Assembly (NCBI GenBank): GCA_040220235.1
Contig: JAVJTO010000098.1
Reading direction: 5' to 3' (one strand)
Length of the DNA stretch: 29,543 bases
DNA from: Coleofasciculus sp. B1-GNL1-01
GTDB lineage: Bacteria; Cyanobacteriota; Cyanobacteriia; Cyanobacteriales; Coleofasciculaceae
Shown here: one piece after another, positions 26,473 to 29,543 of the stretch
Layout of the letters: the number at the start of each line of letters is the position of its first letter
Numbering within the stretch: the stretch's first letter is position 1
Notes under the pieces: generated by a model
Told to the model about the DNA's origin: nothing
Seen by the model: the letters and a program-made list of their open reading frames with translations, nothing else
Databases searched by the model: none
Translations under genes and position numbers: made by a program

Positions 26473-27741
26473 TTAATCTTCACAGGGTACAACATCTACC
26501 CGCAAGGTATCTCCGTGGAAGTTCTCCAAAAACCGAGGACGTACTTTGAGATTAACCATCTCTGCTGGCAAAACAAAGCGTAGTTTTTTCTCATACACGT
26601 CACCTAAACGCAAGACGCTGTTTTCCATGGGACGCTTGACTCGCATATAAACCGTGTGTTCTCGGTCAGTGGAAATCGTATGAGGGACGCAGTAGCGCAC
26701 ATTTTCCCCTGGAATTAGGCGAATATTATCCCCTGGCGGGCGTTGTTCGGTGACGTAAGCCCCAGCATTGCTGCCTGCGAGAAAGGCTTCCTGGCTGACA
26801 AAATCCACTAAGTCGTGAATATGGACAACATTACCACAAGCAAAAACTCCATCCATGGAGGTTTCCATCATGCTGTTCACCACCGGACCACTGGTGACGG
26901 GGTCAATCTGGAGTTTCAACTGTCGGGAGAGTTCGTTTTCTGGAATCAAGCCAATGGACAGCAGCAGGGTATCACAAGGAATATCCCAGCTTTGCTCTAA
27001 ATTTGGGGTAAACTTTTCATCAACGGGAGCAACAGTAACCTTTTCTACTCGGTCTGTGCCATGGATGTCCGCAACTGTCGTGGAAAGGTGCAGGGGAATG
27101 TCGAAGTCGTGCAGACATTGGACGATATTGCGATTGAGTCCATTGGCGTGAGGCATAATTTCAAACACGCCTGCGACTTCTACGCCTTCCAATGTCAACC
27201 GCCGCGCCATAATTAAGCCAATATCCCCGGAACCGAGAATCACTGCCCGATGTCCTGGCAGATAACCAATCATGTTGACAAATTTCTGGGCTAACCCAGC
27301 GGTCAAGACACCGGAAGCGCGAGTACCAGGAGTGCGAATAGCGCCGCGTGTGCGTTCTCTGGCACCCATTGCTAGTACAGCGGCTTTGGTGGAAAGAACG
27401 TGGACACCTTGGCTACCGGACATGAGTTTGACTTGTTTGTCAGCACTAATATCCAGTATGTAAGCATCGCTGACAATATCGATGTCCGTTTCTAAGACTT
27501 GCTCCAAAAACCGCTGGGCATATTCTGGACCGGTGAGTTCTTCTTTAAAATGCTGGAGTCCAAAACCCGGATGGATACACTGTAAGAGGATGCCGCCTGC
27601 TTCTTTCTCCCGGTCAGCAATCAAAATGCGATCGGCACCGGCTTGTCTTGCGCCTAAGGCGGCTGCCATGCCCGCCGGACCGCCACCAACGACCACGACA
27701 TCATACTCTTTTTTTAAGTGGCTGATTGTGTCTGTAATCAT
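26473..27741 (-). CDS. NAD(P)/FAD-dependent oxidoreductase (Pyr_redox family; NADH-oxidase-like partner subunit)
   Basis: [69 protein letters not shown]. Start refined to ATG 27741 (ATGA overlap with the upstream stop; GGAGGAGG RBS). Confidence 0.92.
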   Translation of the reverse strand: MITDTISHLKKEYDVVVVGGGPAGMAAALGARQAGADRILIADREKEAGGILLQCIHPGFGLQHFKEELTGPEYAQRFLEQVLETDIDIVSDAYILDISADKQVKLMSGSQGVHVLSTKAAVLAMGARERTRGAIRTPGTRASGVLTAGLAQKFVNMIGYLPGHRAVILGSGDIGLIMARRLTLEGVEVAGVFEIMPHANGLNRNIVQCLHDFDIPLHLSTTVADIHGTDRVEKVTVAPVDEKFTPNLEQSWDIPCDTLLLSIGLIPENELSRQLKLQIDPVTSGPVVNSMMETSMDGVFACGNVVHIHDLVDFVSQEAFLAGSNAGAYVTEQRPPGDNIRLIPGENVRYCVPHTISTDREHTVYMRVKRPMENSVLRLGDVYEKKLRFVLPAEMVNLKVRPRFLENFHGDTLRVDVVPCED

Positions 27742-29171
27742 TTGGCTACCTCCTCCCGTTCTCGAACAATCCAAGTGTCGCCGCCGCGTTTGGTAATTTG
27801 CGATAGCGGCTGGTCTAATTCTTGCGATAGCAGTTCCATACACCGTCCAGTACAAAACCCCCCTTGACAGCGCCCCATCCCGGCGCGGGTACGGAATTTG
27901 ATGCCGTCGAGGGTGCGTGCGCCCCGATGAATGGAATCTAAAATCTCACCCTCGGTAATTAATTCGCAGCGACAGACAATGCGACCATAGTGAGGATTTT
28001 CTTGGGTCAGGGCAATTTGTTCGTCTGTGGACAAGGAAACAAAATGGATGGGTTTGGGAATGGAGGGGACAAAATCATCCTTGGGTTGTAAGGGCAGACC
28101 TTCGTCCCTTAATATATCTCCTACCATTTCAGCAATTGCCGGAGCTGCTGTGAGTCCAGGGGACTGGATACCCGCGACGTTAATAAAGCCTTTTTTGTCA
28201 GTAGGACCAATAATAAAGTCTTCAGTTTCCGTAACCGCCCGCAACCCAGCAAACTCAGCGATGCAATCCCTGGGGCTAATACCGGGAACAACTTGTCTAA
28301 CCATCTGGAAAACCGTTTGTCCTCCAGCGACGCTGGTGGTCAAGTCTTCCTTATCATCGACCATTTCTGCCGTGGGACCCACCATGATCGTGCCATCGTA
28401 GGTGGGGATGACGAGAATTCCTTTGGACACGGGAGTGGGACAGGGGAAAATTACCCGTTTGACTAAACCCATTAACCGCTTATCCAGGATATATTCCTCA
28501 CCTTTGCGAGGGCGAATAGTAAAGGGTTGTACGCCTGCCATCTGAGCGATACGATCTGCCCAAAGTCCCGCTGCGTTTATGATAAAGCGAGTCGGGAATT
28601 CTCCGCGATTTGTTTTGATTGTCCAGGTGTTATCTGTTTGGTCAATGTCCTGCACCAGACTATCAGTCACCAGTTCCAACCCATTCAGACAGGCATTTTC
28701 AATCAGAGCAAAACAGGCTTCGTAAGGATTGATCACACCTGTCGTTGGCGCATAGAGTCCGGCGATGGCGTCGGGATTGAGGCGGGGTTCTTCTCGGAGT
28801 AAGCGTTCCTGATCCCACATTTCCAGACCAGGAACGCCTTTTTCTTCACCTTGTTGTTTGAGTTTCTCTAAGGTGGGGAGTTGTTCTTCGGCTAGAGCGA
28901 CAGTCAGTTCGCCAATGCGCTTGAACCCGAAACCTAGCTCATCACAGATTGTATCCCACATTTGATTCCCCAACCACTCTAGTTTCCCTTTCAGGGTTTT
29001 GGGGGAGCCGTGATGACCGCCGTGGATAATCCCACTGTTGGCTTTACTGGTTCCGAATCCGACTTCGCTCTCTTTGTCCAACAAAACAGCACGGATAGGA
29101 TAGCGCATTAACTCACGCGCGATCGTGCAACCAATTACGCCACCACCAATGATAGCTACATCGTAAACCAT
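27738..29171 (-). CDS. FAD-dependent dehydrogenase with C-terminal BFD-like [2Fe-2S] domain (GlpA/LhgO-like; probable glycerol-3-phosphate dehydrogenase)
   Basis: [64 protein letters not shown]...[14 protein letters not shown]. Confidence 0.9.
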   Translation of the reverse strand: MVYDVAIIGGGVIGCTIARELMRYPIRAVLLDKESEVGFGTSKANSGIIHGGHHGSPKTLKGKLEWLGNQMWDTICDELGFGFKRIGELTVALAEEQLPTLEKLKQQGEEKGVPGLEMWDQERLLREEPRLNPDAIAGLYAPTTGVINPYEACFALIENACLNGLELVTDSLVQDIDQTDNTWTIKTNRGEFPTRFIINAAGLWADRIAQMAGVQPFTIRPRKGEEYILDKRLMGLVKRVIFPCPTPVSKGILVIPTYDGTIMVGPTAEMVDDKEDLTTSVAGGQTVFQMVRQVVPGISPRDCIAEFAGLRAVTETEDFIIGPTDKKGFINVAGIQSPGLTAAPAIAEMVGDILRDEGLPLQPKDDFVPSIPKPIHFVSLSTDEQIALTQENPHYGRIVCRCELITEGEILDSIHRGARTLDGIKFRTRAGMGRCQGGFCTGRCMELLSQELDQPLSQITKRGGDTWIVREREEVAK

Positions 29172-29254
29172 AGTTCTGACCTGTCATAATTTTTTGACTT
29201 AATTCTTGTTAGGGACTCTGAGAATAATTAATTAAAATGCTGATAGACTATTCC

Positions 29255-29283
29255 AGTATAAGAAACCAGGGTTTTGATATTAA
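29255..29283 (-). promoter_or_regulatory. Candidate sigma70-type promoter for the oxidoreductase operon
   Basis: Minus strand TTAATA-N17-TATACT in an AT-rich region about 85 bp upstream of ATG 29171. Confidence 0.35.
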
Positions 29284-29404
29284 ACCTATCTAGAAATTTT
29301 TTAGATTTATTTAACTAATGAAGCGTCGGAAACTCAACCTTCTACGTCGTTGAGGCGTTCATTGGAGCTAGAACACCAGTCAAGTAAAAGGTTTCCATAG
29401 CATA

Positions 29405-29435
29405 AAGCCCCCTTTCCGTGAAGAAAAGAGGGCTT
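29405..29435 (-). terminator. Hairpin downstream of the rRNA operon
   Basis: Minus strand AAGCCCUCUUUUC-UUCAC-GGAAAGGGGGCUU; its two G-U pairs form only on the minus strand. Confidence 0.7.
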
Positions 29436-29448
29436 GATGAAAGAAGAA

Positions 29449-29543
29449 GTCTGGCATCGAGCTATTTTCCCAGGGGGCAACCCCCAAAGTATCTTCGCCG
29501 CAGCAACGTTTCACAGCCGAGTTCGGGATGGGGTCGGAGTGGA
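29449..29543 (-). rRNA. rrf: 5S ribosomal RNA (5' end beyond the window)
   Basis: Reverse complement CCGACCCCATCCCGAACTCGGCTGTGAAACG...GGCGAAGATACT...GGGAAAATAGCTCGATGCCAGA. Confidence 0.97.

Noticed and set aside
343..28802. Numerous antisense or alternate-frame ORFs overlapping confident genes (for example 343-696, 7750-8061, 11761-12150, 28027-28401)
   Set aside because: Shadow ORFs of well-supported CDS with no independent motifs

Overview
Chromosomal window from a filamentous cyanobacterium. It has about 20 HIP1 GCGATCGC sites, dense heptamer/nonamer tandem repeats and REP/MITE-like elements; the repeat style suggests a Coleofasciculus/Oscillatoriales-type, probably non-heterocystous organism (inference). 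The left half is mostly conserved core: a WecB/TagA glycosyltransferase, a peptidoglycan-binding protein, two SH3 proteins, the rpmH-rnpA-PH-yidC-jag-DUF177-ycf46 cluster, DUF2808, split transhydrogenase pntA(a)/pntA(b)/pntB, an SpkA-like kinase and anmK. The right half is accessory. It holds a detached contractile injection system (CIS)-like module (P2-gpI-type baseplate/tail protein, DUF4159-like protein, Ig-TM-WD40 membrane protein, small secreted protein) with no sheath, tube or spike genes, plus a divergent truncated CIS-type AAA ATPase broken at a HIP1-centred palindrome. It also holds an NsiR1-like sRNA with a DIF1-like promoter, a miniature IS200/IS605 (IscB-type) remnant, and a Firmicute/archaeal-type FAD dehydrogenase/NADH oxidase/DUF1667 operon just downstream of a 5S rRNA gene cut by the window edge. 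All family assignments come from motif recognition by eye; no database searches were run.
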